DNA from: Spirochaetota bacterium
Lineage (GTDB): Bacteria; Spirochaetota; UBA4802; UBA5550
NCBI GenBank assembly: GCA_963663865.1
Contig: OY760686.1
Coordinates: 640,001-704,000, forward strand
Direction of reading: 5' to 3'
Length of the DNA stretch: 64,000 nucleotides
In this document: positions 28,859 to 39,795 of the stretch, one piece after another
Numbering within the stretch: the first letter of the stretch is position 1
Layout: every line of letters begins with the position of its first letter
Notes under the pieces: generated by a model
What the model was told of the DNA's origin: nothing
The model's database searches: none
Seen by the model: the letters and a program-made list of their open reading frames with translations, nothing else
Position numbers and translations under genes: made by a program

Positions 28859-31405
28859 ATGAAAAAATGGCTGCTTATGCTGTTAACGCTGTCAGCCCTA
28901 CTATTTGCCGGATGCGGCGATTCTGACAGCGGATCGGAAAATGTTCCGGGAGGGAATGACCCTGAAAACCCGGTTGTTGAAGAAGAACCCGCGACAAGGG
29001 AAGAGCTGATATCGGCTTTACAGGACGTTCTGAGCACCGACCCGGATTACGATGCGTCCAGCGAGGTGTTTACCGCCAATCTGACGGCGCTGGTTGAAGA
29101 CATCTTCACCGCCGCGGGCGAAAGCGGAATTAAAAAATCCTACACCAATCTCAACAGGATTGCCAGGTATGTGATGTACGCCTACAGCCTCACAGATTAT
29201 GCTGCGTTCGTAGCCGACGGATTCAGTGATGTAGTTTCCGGTATTACAGCTGACACAATGATTGCCCGTATAGCCCAGAGCACGTCGACTTACAGTGTTG
29301 CGGTACCTCTCGAGTCAGGCGACCTGCCGGGTAATGACAACGAAGCCCGGATTGCGTACTATTTCAATTCTGATATATCATTCTACTATACGGCTGAGGC
29401 TCTCATCAATCTCGTGCGTGATGATACCGTTAACGACGCCATTATGTACGAAGTGGCTCGGGTCAAAGCTGAGTACGGCCTTTTTGATGACGCAGAGCTT
29501 GTTGTGGATGCAATGATATTCGGCACGCAGGCAAAGGGTGACGCATGTCTGAGCATCGCAAGCCGTCTTCTCGATTATGGGAAAACGGACAGGGCCCTTG
29601 AGCAGATTGGCGAAGCCGAATCGCTGTACATGAATCTTATAGAGGCAAAAGGAGAAGAGAACTTCTCAACGCAGGATTCATTTAATCTACAGATGCTTTC
29701 TACTTATTACAGGCGTGCGGGAAATAACGAAAAATCTCAGGAGCATCTTGATTATCTTGAGCATCTCGCGGAAACATATCTGCTTACAACGACAACATAC
29801 GGCCGTTTGACTGTAGCGACGCGCAATCAAATCGATGAATACATTGAGGAAGGAGACCTGGAAACCGCTGACGAGCTGGCGGAAGCACTTCTTGAATACG
29901 CCAAGAAGATGCCGGCCAATATGAGCGACGGCCAGCCGACGAGCTATAAGATGAAAGTTTACACTCTATGTGACGCGTCGCTCCGCTTTGCCGAGCTCGG
30001 TAACGCTGAAAGTGTCCTTGAGATATATCAGCTCGTGGAGTCGATAAGGGACGATGACGGACTTCCGAACAACGAGACAGGAAAGGGGACATGGGTTTAT
30101 ATGTCAGACCTCCTTTATTCGTTGTTTGCCACTGAATGCTATGACGAGGCCATGGTGCTGGGTACGTCTCTTGCGGAATCTACAGACGCAAGCGCCAACA
30201 GCAAGTCCTCCGGATTTAAGGCGATTGCCTCTTCTCTTGCACTCGCCGGCGGGCTCGGTGAGCTTTCAGCGTTTGAGCCAGCCTCTCTCAGTGAGATGAG
30301 CGCGATAGATGTTATTACCTACAAGCTGACCTCGGACAGGGACAGGGTGGAAGCACTAACTTACTACGGTGTAAACACTGGAACCGCGTACGTGGCCCTC
30401 TCGCTTATAGAGGCCGGCGGTGAGCAGAATATCGTATGGGCAAAGGAGGCGCTCTCGAAGGCGAACCAGCTTCTTGGCTCGTATACGGAGTCTTCGGATG
30501 CGCTTACAGTTCTTTACCGGATAACCAGGGGCTACGCCAAGCTTGCGAAGCTTTACATTATGATAGGCGATTCAGAGTCACTTGCGCTTGCTGCAGAGGC
30601 CCTGCTTGCCGGTGAGTCTGTTGCAGCCGGATTGAACGGAGCCTCTCCCCGTGTTGACGCCTACATAGCCCTGGCGGCAGCCTACCGGGAATACGGAGAT
30701 GAAGCGAAGGTCGAGGCTATGCTCGCGAACGCCCAGGACTATGCCGATGTGTACGCCTCAACTAATCCTTCCGAATACGAGGACATCGCCGAGCTTTACA
30801 AGGATGTTATAGACGCATGTCTGGATAACGATGTTAATGATTCGCTCTCAACTGTTATCTCCAAATTCTTTACCAACTCTGAAATGATTCATGTCGCCGG
30901 AGGAACGGAAGATCAGAAGATAACAGAGGTTGAGTATCTCGTTGATGTTGCTGAAAGATGTGTGGATATTAATGACATTGATATGATGAATACAGTTCTC
31001 GCAAAAGCTGAGAAGCTGGCTGAAACAGTGGCAAACGAGACTGACAGGGTAGATCTTTTTGTCTATCAGTATGACTCAGACGCTCATGAGGACTTTGACA
31101 GCATCATCGAAATATACGCCTACGGCGGGGAATTTGATAAGGCTGTAGAACTTGCCTACGAGATTGAAACACTGCCGGAAAGGTATCTCGCCGTCAGAAG
31201 AATCGCCGAGATTTACTGCAGGCTTGATCTTTTCCCGAATACAGCGTCAGCAGTGGCTGACACAGACAGGGACGGCAAACCGGACTTTTTCCATCCGCTT
31301 GCATTGGCTGAAGACATTGCCGCTTCTGGCCTTGTGCTTGACGACGATTGCGACGGTGACGGGATTGCAGATGTTTCTGACATCAGGCCCTGGTACGCGG
31401 ACTGA
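28859..31405 (+). CDS. Large acidic helical-repeat lipoprotein with C-terminal Ca-binding-like repeats
   Basis: Lipobox FAGC; TPR-like helices; DTDRDGKPD and DDDCDGDGIAD. Confidence 0.75.
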   Translation: MKKWLLMLLTLSALLFAGCGDSDSGSENVPGGNDPENPVVEEEPATREELISALQDVLSTDPDYDASSEVFTANLTALVEDIFTAAGESGIKKSYTNLNRIARYVMYAYSLTDYAAFVADGFSDVVSGITADTMIARIAQSTSTYSVAVPLESGDLPGNDNEARIAYYFNSDISFYYTAEALINLVRDDTVNDAIMYEVARVKAEYGLFDDAELVVDAMIFGTQAKGDACLSIASRLLDYGKTDRALEQIGEAESLYMNLIEAKGEENFSTQDSFNLQMLSTYYRRAGNNEKSQEHLDYLEHLAETYLLTTTTYGRLTVATRNQIDEYIEEGDLETADELAEALLEYAKKMPANMSDGQPTSYKMKVYTLCDASLRFAELGNAESVLEIYQLVESIRDDDGLPNNETGKGTWVYMSDLLYSLFATECYDEAMVLGTSLAESTDASANSKSSGFKAIASSLALAGGLGELSAFEPASLSEMSAIDVITYKLTSDRDRVEALTYYGVNTGTAYVALSLIEAGGEQNIVWAKEALSKANQLLGSYTESSDALTVLYRITRGYAKLAKLYIMIGDSESLALAAEALLAGESVAAGLNGASPRVDAYIALAAAYREYGDEAKVEAMLANAQDYADVYASTNPSEYEDIAELYKDVIDACLDNDVNDSLSTVISKFFTNSEMIHVAGGTEDQKITEVEYLVDVAERCVDINDIDMMNTVLAKAEKLAETVANETDRVDLFVYQYDSDAHEDFDSIIEIYAYGGEFDKAVELAYEIETLPERYLAVRRIAEIYCRLDLFPNTASAVADTDRDGKPDFFHPLALAEDIAASGLVLDDDCDGDGIADVSDIRPWYAD

Positions 31406-31443
31406 TTGGAAGCCATTGTTTTGAATTGAAGTGAAGATATTCG

Positions 31444-31471
31444 CAGCCGCCCGGAATTATCCGGGCGGCTG
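31444..31471. terminator. Intergenic hairpin
   Basis: CAGCCGCCCGGA-ATTA-TCCGGGCGGCTG 12-bp stem, no U-tract; arms resemble family C REP. Confidence 0.5.
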
Positions 31472-31509
31472 GTGAAAAGTGAATCTGTTTAGTTTGGAGT
31501 TGTGAATTG

Positions 31510-34050
31510 ATGATTAAGACCGGTCAGACTATGGCAGGCCTGACAGTATGCGTGTTTTCGATTCTTGTGTTTTTCATTTCCGCGTACGCGGAAAATGAAG
31601 CAGGGTCGGCAGATATGCAGTATGATAACGGCGGAGCGGCTTCTCTTGGAAAGGTTACTGTAAAGGGCAGTGAAGGGAAGAGCGGAGCTAACAGGCAGAA
31701 TGTAAAATCGGACAGAATTGAAAGTACTCCCGCGCGGAACAGTTCAATAAACGATGTTATAGGCACTCTCTCCAATGTACAGACCGGCGAGGGCAGCTTT
31801 TCTTCATCTAACGGCGGTGAGATTAAACCGTCGGAGGTTTCAATATCTGGAGGGAAAACCTACCAGAACAATGTCATGATAGACGGGATGAGCATCAACA
31901 ACCGCATCGATCCGGCGGCGGACAATCCTTCAGACTTTGACTCTGTGGCGTCGCATTCTCAGACAATGTTCATTGATCCCAGGGTGCTGGGTTCAATTAC
32001 TGTCTATGACAGCAATGTCCCTGCAGAGTACGGCGGGTTTTCCGGCGGAGTAGTATCATCAGATATACGGAAACCGCTGCGCGTCTTTTCCGGCCGTATA
32101 GACTATAGAACAACAAACCATAACATGACCTCAATACATGTACACGAGAGCGAAAAGTACACCTTTGAGCATTCCTACGACTATAACAGGCAGCCGGAAT
32201 TTTACAGGCACGATTTTATTTCGATGCTCGACGTCCCTCTGGGAGATGACATGGGCCTCATGCTAAGCTACAGTCTGAAGTATTCACAGATACCGCTTGA
32301 GCATCTGGGTGAGCCGCATAAACAGTCGCGTTCTTCGCAGAGCTTTATCATGAAGTACGAATACGATGTTTCTGAATCGGGTATCCTTGATTTGCAGTTT
32401 ATCTACGCTCCTTACGAGGGGCACTATTTTACTCAAAACGCAAAAAACAGCGACTATACCCTGAGTAATGATTCAATATCTTTCAGGGGCAGCTATAAAC
32501 ACGATTTTGACAGCTTTGAGCTGGATACCGCCTCATCATTCCAGTACTACCAGAGCAACCGGGACTCACCGCAGCATTGGTTTCTGTGGGCAAAGACGAA
32601 GACAAAGGACTGGGGATCGGTTAGCTATACAGATGAGGACGAAATCAGTGAAGAGGACATAATCTCAGATGTCGCATCGTATAGCTCTGAAGGCGGATAC
32701 GGCTCCATTAACACAGGACAGATGGACTGGAGTATGCAATCCGACCTGAAGGGCGAACCGTTCAGTCTCGGGCCGTTGAAGAACGCGCTGAGCGCGGGTT
32801 TCAAGTTTTCGCTCCTCAAGGGATGGTACGACAGACCGGAGACGACTTATGTTTATAAGGGAGCTGCTATCAATGATCTGGTGACTGGTGACGGTTCGGA
32901 ATTCGACTACGTAACCGGAGAACAGTACTTTTCGGAGCGCAACGTGTATGAGGCTGGATACAGTGCGGCTGCAGTAGCGGAGGGGGCGCTTTACGCTCAG
33001 TACTCAATGGATTTTTTCAGGCTGAATGTTACGCCGGGGCTCAGGGTCTCTTACGATGAGTTTATGGGCAACGTGAATCCTGAACCGCGTCTTTCGCTGA
33101 CCTTTGATATCTTCGGGAACGGCATGACAAAGCTCATCACAGGGGCCAACCGCTACTATGACTTGAGTGTTCTGACATACAAGCTAAGAGAGGCCGTTAA
33201 GCCGTACTACAGGGAGACGAGAACAACCTATCAGAACCGTCTTGAGGAGTGGACGAGGTCAGCTCAGGCAAGCAATATAATAACAGACTATTCACGTCTC
33301 GACACCCCGTTCGCGGACGAATACAACGCCGGTTTTGAGCAGAAGATTTACAAGTCGAAGCTTTCCGGAAAAATAATTGTAAAGAAGTATAAAGACCAGT
33401 TCGCTATGGAAACAACTGAGACTCAGAGCGACGGCAGGGTCTATGTAAGGCTTAACAACAGGGGCAAGTCTGCTTATACCGGACTTTCTGCTTCCTGGGA
33501 GCTGGCCCTGAAAAAACACTATCTGGCGATCAACGCGACCTGGTCAAAGAGCTCAACCAGCAACGAAAACTATGATGTTACCGTAGAGGATGAAGAAGCC
33601 CTTTCTTACGTTTGGTACAGGGGCGAAATAATCCGGTATGCCGAACTTCCGCGGCAGGATTTCAACAGGCCCTTTGTTGTCAATCTTCTCTACGCGTGGC
33701 ACCCCTTCCCGGCGCTTCAGCTGTCTGCTGCCGGAAAGTTCAGAAGCTCCTATATCGCTGTCGATGAAACAGGCGAGTATGAGCCTGTGCCCGACGGAAG
33801 TGAGTATATTGATGATTACACAGGTGATGTTATCAGAGAGGAGCTTGCGGTCTATGAAGAGATTAAGATGAAGAACGTTGTAACGTTTGATGTTAAAATA
33901 CGTTGGGAGTTCTTTGTGACGGATGAATCATCGGTATCGGTTTATGCCGATATCACAAATATCTTTAATTCGAAGTCGCTTGTCGCCGCGAGCAGCACAG
34001 AGTACGAGATGGGTCGGCAGATATGGCTGGGCGCAGAGTACAGCTTTTAA
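31510..34050 (+). CDS. TonB-dependent receptor (YddB/FusA-like)
   Basis: Plug GEIKP..VSISGG..YQNN.MIDG, VYDSNVPAEYGGFSGGVV; C-terminal GRQIWLGAEYSF. Confidence 0.92.
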   Translation: MIKTGQTMAGLTVCVFSILVFFISAYAENEAGSADMQYDNGGAASLGKVTVKGSEGKSGANRQNVKSDRIESTPARNSSINDVIGTLSNVQTGEGSFSSSNGGEIKPSEVSISGGKTYQNNVMIDGMSINNRIDPAADNPSDFDSVASHSQTMFIDPRVLGSITVYDSNVPAEYGGFSGGVVSSDIRKPLRVFSGRIDYRTTNHNMTSIHVHESEKYTFEHSYDYNRQPEFYRHDFISMLDVPLGDDMGLMLSYSLKYSQIPLEHLGEPHKQSRSSQSFIMKYEYDVSESGILDLQFIYAPYEGHYFTQNAKNSDYTLSNDSISFRGSYKHDFDSFELDTASSFQYYQSNRDSPQHWFLWAKTKTKDWGSVSYTDEDEISEEDIISDVASYSSEGGYGSINTGQMDWSMQSDLKGEPFSLGPLKNALSAGFKFSLLKGWYDRPETTYVYKGAAINDLVTGDGSEFDYVTGEQYFSERNVYEAGYSAAAVAEGALYAQYSMDFFRLNVTPGLRVSYDEFMGNVNPEPRLSLTFDIFGNGMTKLITGANRYYDLSVLTYKLREAVKPYYRETRTTYQNRLEEWTRSAQASNIITDYSRLDTPFADEYNAGFEQKIYKSKLSGKIIVKKYKDQFAMETTETQSDGRVYVRLNNRGKSAYTGLSASWELALKKHYLAINATWSKSSTSNENYDVTVEDEEALSYVWYRGEIIRYAELPRQDFNRPFVVNLLYAWHPFPALQLSAAGKFRSSYIAVDETGEYEPVPDGSEYIDDYTGDVIREELAVYEEIKMKNVVTFDVKIRWEFFVTDESSVSVYADITNIFNSKSLVAASSTEYEMGRQIWLGAEYSF

Positions 34051-34097
34051 AGTCTGAATGGAGCTTAGTCAGTAATAATAACAGGATAGAGGGATCT

Positions 34098-34985
34098 ATG
34101 AAAAATGTCATTGAGTTTCGAAAAATAAATCACAGCTACGGAGAAAAAAAGGTACTTAACGACCTGACTTTCAGCGTTGGTGAAGGGTCGGTGCTGGGCC
34201 TTCTCGGGAAAAACGGCGCGGGAAAAACTACGACAATTAATATTCTAATGGGTTTTCTTACACCGGATTCCGGCCGGGCCGAGATTTTTGGTGAACCGGC
34301 GGGCCTTATCCCCCCCCAGACGAGGAAGCGTATAGGACTTCTTCATGAAGGGTTTTTACAGTATGACTTCATGACTATTGAACAGGCAGAGAGGTTCTAT
34401 TCAGGCTTCTATGAAAAGTGGAAGAAGGACCTCTATTACGGGCTTATCGACAGAATGGGGCTGAAGTACAATCACCAGATTTCAAAGATGTCGTGCGGCC
34501 AGAGGTCGCAGGTTACCCTCGGGCTTATTCTGGCACAGGATTCAGACCTGCTTATCCTCGATGACTACTCGCTGGGACTTGACCCCGGATACAGGAGGCT
34601 CTTTATCGATTTTCTGGGGGAGCATGTAAGGTCGCAGAGGAAAACCCTTCTTGTTACTTCGCATATTGTGCAGGACCTCGAAAAGATCGTGGATGAGGTC
34701 ATCGTCATTGATTCGGGACGGGCGCTTGTAAATATGCCTCTCGCTGGACTGCAGGACGGCTTCCGGATGTTTTCATATCTGAGGACGGACGGAGAGCCGG
34801 ACGCTCCGAAGGACGATGTTGTGTTCGCTTCGGAGAGCGTTGGAGCAAGGGCCTGCGTGTACAGCTTCAGAAAAGGCGACGAGGTCATGAAGCGTCTCAA
34901 AATCAATGGTATATCATGCAGGTCTTTTACTGAAAATCCGATGACCCTTGAGGACACATTTATCGGTCTGACCGGAAAATACTGA
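34098..34985 (+). CDS. ABC transporter ATP-binding protein
   Basis: GKNGAGKT, MSCGQ signature, LLILDD, TSH. Confidence 0.95.
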   Translation: MKNVIEFRKINHSYGEKKVLNDLTFSVGEGSVLGLLGKNGAGKTTTINILMGFLTPDSGRAEIFGEPAGLIPPQTRKRIGLLHEGFLQYDFMTIEQAERFYSGFYEKWKKDLYYGLIDRMGLKYNHQISKMSCGQRSQVTLGLILAQDSDLLILDDYSLGLDPGYRRLFIDFLGEHVRSQRKTLLVTSHIVQDLEKIVDEVIVIDSGRALVNMPLAGLQDGFRMFSYLRTDGEPDAPKDDVVFASESVGARACVYSFRKGDEVMKRLKINGISCRSFTENPMTLEDTFIGLTGKY

Positions 34986-34995
34986 AACTGGAAAG

Positions 34996-35670
34996 GTGAA
35001 CATGTTTAAATCATTAGCTTTAAAAGAATATTTGAAATTAAAGAAGCTCTATCCGCTGCTTCTTTTGTTTAACGCGGCAATGCTTGTATATTTATTTGTT
35101 TCTCTACGTTCGATTTTTGAATTTAACGGTGTTGTAAAGGTATGGAACGCGATTCTCCACGATAAGTTCCTCATCTACGAAAAGATGAAATACACATTCT
35201 TCGCGAGCGCGGCGCTAATCGCGTTTGCCCAGTTTATACCCGAGACATCGCGGAAGCGGCTCAAGCTGCTCTTCCATCTGCCGGTAAATCACTACGCCTC
35301 TGTATACTTCATGCAGGGATTGGGGCTGGCTTCATACCTGCTTATCGGAATAGTGAACCTGGCCGGTATTACCCTTATTATGTCGATGTACTTCCCCGCC
35401 GAGGCCGCGGAAAGCGCGTTTTACAGCGTTCTTCCGTGGTTCTTTGCCGGTTTATTCGCCTACCTCTCTCTGGCGCTTACACTGATAGAGACCAACTGGT
35501 TAAGGCGCCTGGTGTATATCGCTGCCTCATACTACTATGTTCAGATTTACTATCAGGGAGACATTTATCTTGCATATGAACACTCATTGCCGGTGATTGC
35601 GTGCATGGGGCTTCTCTATGTTCCGGCGATTATACTTCCATTACACAGGTTTAAAAGAGGTCTTAAATGA
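34996..35670 (+). CDS. ABC transporter membrane protein
   Basis: About 6 TM helices, QFIPE..KRLKLLFHLP; follows the ATPase. Start may be ATG 35002. Confidence 0.75.
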   Translation: MNMFKSLALKEYLKLKKLYPLLLLFNAAMLVYLFVSLRSIFEFNGVVKVWNAILHDKFLIYEKMKYTFFASAALIAFAQFIPETSRKRLKLLFHLPVNHYASVYFMQGLGLASYLLIGIVNLAGITLIMSMYFPAEAAESAFYSVLPWFFAGLFAYLSLALTLIETNWLRRLVYIAASYYYVQIYYQGDIYLAYEHSLPVIACMGLLYVPAIILPLHRFKRGLK

Positions 35671-37001
35671 TTTTAAAAATATCAAAATACGCAACTGCCG
35701 CTTTAGTTGTCCTGATGACAGCGGCAGCTGTGCCTGAAATAATCGATACTGTATTCAGACAAAACAGCCCATGGCCGTTTGCGTCGTACAGCCATACCGC
35801 AAAAAAATTTCTTGTCCGGGTCAGGGACGATTCGTCCAACACGAAAACCACAGATGACCGGATGTCATATACCACAGAGGATGGAAAGAAGCTTGGTAAA
35901 ATTCAGTACATGAAGATGCTGCCTTTTGAAAACTCGGACGACCTGGCAAAGTGGAACAGGCTGCCCCGCGAGATTGACGGCAGCCCCATAAGCCTTGAGA
36001 TAATCAAGGCAAACAGGCAGTCCTTCAAGATAATGCCCTTCTATATCAATGCGCCGCAGATAGATATTTATCCGATGTTTGAATCGGAATCCAGGTACGC
36101 CAGACTTGAATACGGTCCACACATGTTCCGAATCACCGACAGCATTCTGTTTATCGAGCTTAAGACTAACACTGTAGACAGTGAGAAAAGCGTTGTATTC
36201 ACGGAGGCCATGAAGAAGGCAGGCTTTACATTCCCGGCAAAGAGAATCGCCGGCAACCCTACGACGCGAAAGGCCTTTGACGAAGGCTATTTTGTTGTAG
36301 ATAGCGCGGACAGGCTTTTCCACGTCAAACAGGTTAAGTCGCAGCCATGGGTCAGAGACACCGGAGTAGTATTTGGAAAAAAAGTAATAACCATGAGCAT
36401 GATGGAAGACCTCCGCCGTGAGTTTTACGGCTATGTTGTAACCGAAGACCTGAAGGTATCGCTTATATCGTATGACAATTACAGGCTTATACAGCTTCCT
36501 GTTGGGAATTATGATCCTCGTGAGTCGCATTTGCTTTTTGCGGCAGACCCTCTTGGCAGGACCATAAGGATATGGGATGATGAGAGGATACGCACCGTAT
36601 ATGTCGACAGGGATTACAGGCTCGTAAAAGAGCATGAGACTGTAAGGGAAAAGGTCAATGAAGGGCTTGAACGCGTAGTTTCTTTTCTCCTGCCTTTCCG
36701 CATAGACACGGAAGACAGCAGCACACAGTATGTCGCTATTAACTTTAAGCACAGCGGAGCTGCATCGTTACCGCTCTGCGCGGCAGCAGCCATTCTGTAT
36801 GTCTTCTACATCCTGAAGAGGAGGATGGGGCTGAGGGGGTATCTTGCTGATATTCTGCTGGTTTTAATTACAGGAATATACGGGCTTTTTGCCCTTATCG
36901 TAACCGGTCCATTCGGCAGAAAGGATGAGAAAGCATCAAAGACAGACGGCTCATCCTGCCGCGGGGAAAACAGCGAAAATTGTGGAAGGTGCCGGGCGTG
37001 A
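35667..37001 (+). CDS. DUF4857-like membrane protein
   Basis: TM, large soluble domain with GNPTTRKAFDEGYF and YPMFES, C-terminal TMs. Confidence 0.7.
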   Translation: MILKISKYATAALVVLMTAAAVPEIIDTVFRQNSPWPFASYSHTAKKFLVRVRDDSSNTKTTDDRMSYTTEDGKKLGKIQYMKMLPFENSDDLAKWNRLPREIDGSPISLEIIKANRQSFKIMPFYINAPQIDIYPMFESESRYARLEYGPHMFRITDSILFIELKTNTVDSEKSVVFTEAMKKAGFTFPAKRIAGNPTTRKAFDEGYFVVDSADRLFHVKQVKSQPWVRDTGVVFGKKVITMSMMEDLRREFYGYVVTEDLKVSLISYDNYRLIQLPVGNYDPRESHLLFAADPLGRTIRIWDDERIRTVYVDRDYRLVKEHETVREKVNEGLERVVSFLLPFRIDTEDSSTQYVAINFKHSGAASLPLCAAAAILYVFYILKRRMGLRGYLADILLVLITGIYGLFALIVTGPFGRKDEKASKTDGSSCRGENSENCGRCRA

Positions 37002-39793
37002 ACTACAGATACATTGCGGTAATAATAGTCAACGCGGTCCTTGCCGCTGCAGTCGGCGCGCGGGCGGGGGATGCCTCAGAGAAGCTGCCATTTTCGGAGA
37101 AGATTATCCGCGGGAAAATGGACAATGGAATACAATACTATGTCATGGAAAACAGCTTCCCGCCTGGCATGGTTGAGCTGAGGCTGAATGTCCGGACCGG
37201 ATCGCTCAATGAAAGGGATGATGAAAGGGGGATTGCCCACTTTGTAGAGCACATGGCCTTTAACGGCACGAGAAACTTCAAAGGAAATGACCTGATAAAG
37301 TTTATGGAGTCTCTCGGCATGACCTTCGGCAGGCATTCAAACGCCTATACATCCACGAATAACACAAACTATCAGCTATCTGTTCCTTCCGGGAGGGGAG
37401 AGCTGCTGGACAGTTCATTCATGTTCATGAGGGACTGGGTTGACGGCATCTCATTTGATCCGCTTGAGATTGAGAAGGAGAAGGGCGTGATAGTTGAGGA
37501 GTGGAGAGCGAGAAACGACGTGAGGTCGCGCGCAGCAAAAAAAAACAGGGAGCTTATCCTTGAAGGTTCTCTCTATCCGGAGAGGGACCCGATTGGGGAC
37601 ATGGATATTGTAAAAGGTGCCAACAGGGAGCTGCTAAAGGGTTATTATGACAGATTGTACACGGCTGACCATGTTTCGGTAATTGCAGTCGGCGACATAA
37701 AAGCTGAAAAGATTATACAGCTTATCAAAAAGCATTTCAGCGACGTTCCGGCTAAAAGGGCCCCGGCTGGACCTGATCCAAATATTAGAATAAAAAACGG
37801 TTTGAGGATGAGGACCTTCAGTGATCCGGAGCTTACGTCTCATTCACTTTCCTACAGCCTGTTCCATCCTTCCGCCAAAACAGAAACATACGCGGACCTG
37901 AAGGAGATGTATCTGAGGCAGGGCGCACTGAGAATGCTCAACAGGAGAATGCAGAATAAAATCAGGGAAAAGGGGCTTCAGCTTCTGAGCTTCCGCGCGG
38001 CAGGCAGCGAGGTTGTCGACGGGCTTTTTCTGTTGAGGTTCGCTATTCCGCTGAAACCGGAAACCATGAGAGCTGACATTTCAGCTATGCTTAAAGAGAT
38101 TGAAAGGGCCCGCAGGCACGGTTTTACGGAGGCTGAATACCTGGATATGACTGTGTCTATGAAGAAGACGCTTGAAAGGCTGGCCGAACCCGATCACAAA
38201 TTTGAGTCCTCCAGATACGCCGATATTATTTGCGATTACGATACATCCGGAGGCAGCCTTACGGATTTTGCCCAGGACAAAGAGCTCTTTGAAAGGATAA
38301 CGTCCGAGACTGGCCCGGAGGATTGCAATTCAGCCTTCAGGGCCCTTCTGTCATCGGAGAGCGGGCTCGTAACAATTTCATCACCTGAATCAGAAGCAGA
38401 GGGCATAAAGATTTCGGAGTCTGAATTCGCGTCTATGAAAAAGGCAGCGGCCTCCTCGGAGATAAAGGCCCCAGTAGTGGTGACCGCCCGGGCGGCGCTC
38501 TTCGATGAAAAGCCCCGTCCTGGGAAAATTAAGCAAAGGTCCATGAACGGGGCCGGTGAGCTTATAGAGTATGAAAACGGGCTGTCGATCCTGGTAAAGA
38601 ACAGCAAGGCCGAAACAAACAGCTTCGTGATGAAGGGGATAAAGCCCGGAGGCTACTCAGCTCTTGGAGACGAAGAGGCAGTCCTGGCGCAGCTCATGCT
38701 GTCAGGGGTTGCGGCAAGCGGCTTTGAAGGAGTCAGCCGAAGTCAGCTTGATTCGATGATGGCCGGTGTTTCAGTCAGGGTTGCGCCTTCTATAGGTGAG
38801 TTATCCTTTGACTTCGACGCGGCCGGGGACAGCAGGGACATAGAGTACGCCTTCAAACTGATAAACCGTTACATGGCAGCGTCTTCGATGGAGGAAAACG
38901 TTATCGGCTCTATTAAGAAAAGGATGAAACACGCTATCGAGGTCAGGTCAGCTGATAAAAAGTACAGCTTTTTCCGCGGGGCGGAGCGTTCAACATACAA
39001 CGGCAATTACCGCGACCTTAACCCTGAAGTAAGCGATCTGGAAAACGCGGACATAGAAAATCTTCACAGGATTTACAGGAGGCATTATTCAGAGGCCGGA
39101 AGCTTCCGCTTTGTGATCTCTGGAGATGTGAGCGCGGACACAGCGGCCGAGCTGGGCCGGGTTTATCTGGCCGGGCTTCCTTCGGGGGAGGATGAAGCCG
39201 CATTTAAGGACAGAGGCGTAAGGCTTCGTAAAAAATTCCTTCGTGAAGAGGGATACGGAGATACGGAGCGGAAAACTTCAGTAGTAATTCGCCTTGAGCG
39301 TGAGATAGATACGTCAGATGACGGGGAATACTACGCCGAAATGATAAAAAGAGTGCTGAACAAACGCGTCCGCGAGGAAGTCAGAGAGAAGCTGGGTGCG
39401 GTGTATTCAGCGGGAGTATCGCTCAGGTATTCAGATATTCCGCGGCCTTCCTTCTCCGGCACGTTGTCTTTCAGCTGTGAGCCTTCGCGTAAAGATGAGA
39501 TTATAAGTGCTATCATGAAAATCATCAGCGATGTTGCGGAAAAGGGCGTGACGGAGAAGGAGCTGGACGACGCAAGGAAACAGTACCTTCTGTCTCTGGA
39601 TACAGCCAGTGAAAGAAACATGTTCTGGTCGAAGACGTTGAGTAATGACATCCTTGAAGGCAGCCAGCCAGGGACGCTGAAACAGATGCGGGAAGCGGTA
39701 AATTCCATAACAGTCAATGGAATAAAGCGTCATGCCAGGATGTTTCTCGACGGGATGTCCTGCGCAGTGCTGGTATACAATCCGGAGATGTAG
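36998..39793 (+). CDS. pqqL: M16 zinc protease (PqqL/FusC-like)
   Basis: GIAHFVEHMAFNGT (HxxEH), NAYTS, EKGVIVEEWR, REKLGAVYS; signal peptide; GTGA overlap. Confidence 0.92.
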   Translation: MNYRYIAVIIVNAVLAAAVGARAGDASEKLPFSEKIIRGKMDNGIQYYVMENSFPPGMVELRLNVRTGSLNERDDERGIAHFVEHMAFNGTRNFKGNDLIKFMESLGMTFGRHSNAYTSTNNTNYQLSVPSGRGELLDSSFMFMRDWVDGISFDPLEIEKEKGVIVEEWRARNDVRSRAAKKNRELILEGSLYPERDPIGDMDIVKGANRELLKGYYDRLYTADHVSVIAVGDIKAEKIIQLIKKHFSDVPAKRAPAGPDPNIRIKNGLRMRTFSDPELTSHSLSYSLFHPSAKTETYADLKEMYLRQGALRMLNRRMQNKIREKGLQLLSFRAAGSEVVDGLFLLRFAIPLKPETMRADISAMLKEIERARRHGFTEAEYLDMTVSMKKTLERLAEPDHKFESSRYADIICDYDTSGGSLTDFAQDKELFERITSETGPEDCNSAFRALLSSESGLVTISSPESEAEGIKISESEFASMKKAAASSEIKAPVVVTARAALFDEKPRPGKIKQRSMNGAGELIEYENGLSILVKNSKAETNSFVMKGIKPGGYSALGDEEAVLAQLMLSGVAASGFEGVSRSQLDSMMAGVSVRVAPSIGELSFDFDAAGDSRDIEYAFKLINRYMAASSMEENVIGSIKKRMKHAIEVRSADKKYSFFRGAERSTYNGNYRDLNPEVSDLENADIENLHRIYRRHYSEAGSFRFVISGDVSADTAAELGRVYLAGLPSGEDEAAFKDRGVRLRKKFLREEGYGDTERKTSVVIRLEREIDTSDDGEYYAEMIKRVLNKRVREEVREKLGAVYSAGVSLRYSDIPRPSFSGTLSFSCEPSRKDEIISAIMKIISDVAEKGVTEKELDDARKQYLLSLDTASERNMFWSKTLSNDILEGSQPGTLKQMREAVNSITVNGIKRHARMFLDGMSCAVLVYNPEM

Positions 39794-39795
39794 CG

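Noticed and set aside
35865-36752. 295-aa minus-strand ORF and similar long antisense ORFs (1529-2221, 10652-11170, 39994-40557, 55677-56273)
   Set aside because: Shadow frames of well-supported genes on the opposite strand, with no motifs.
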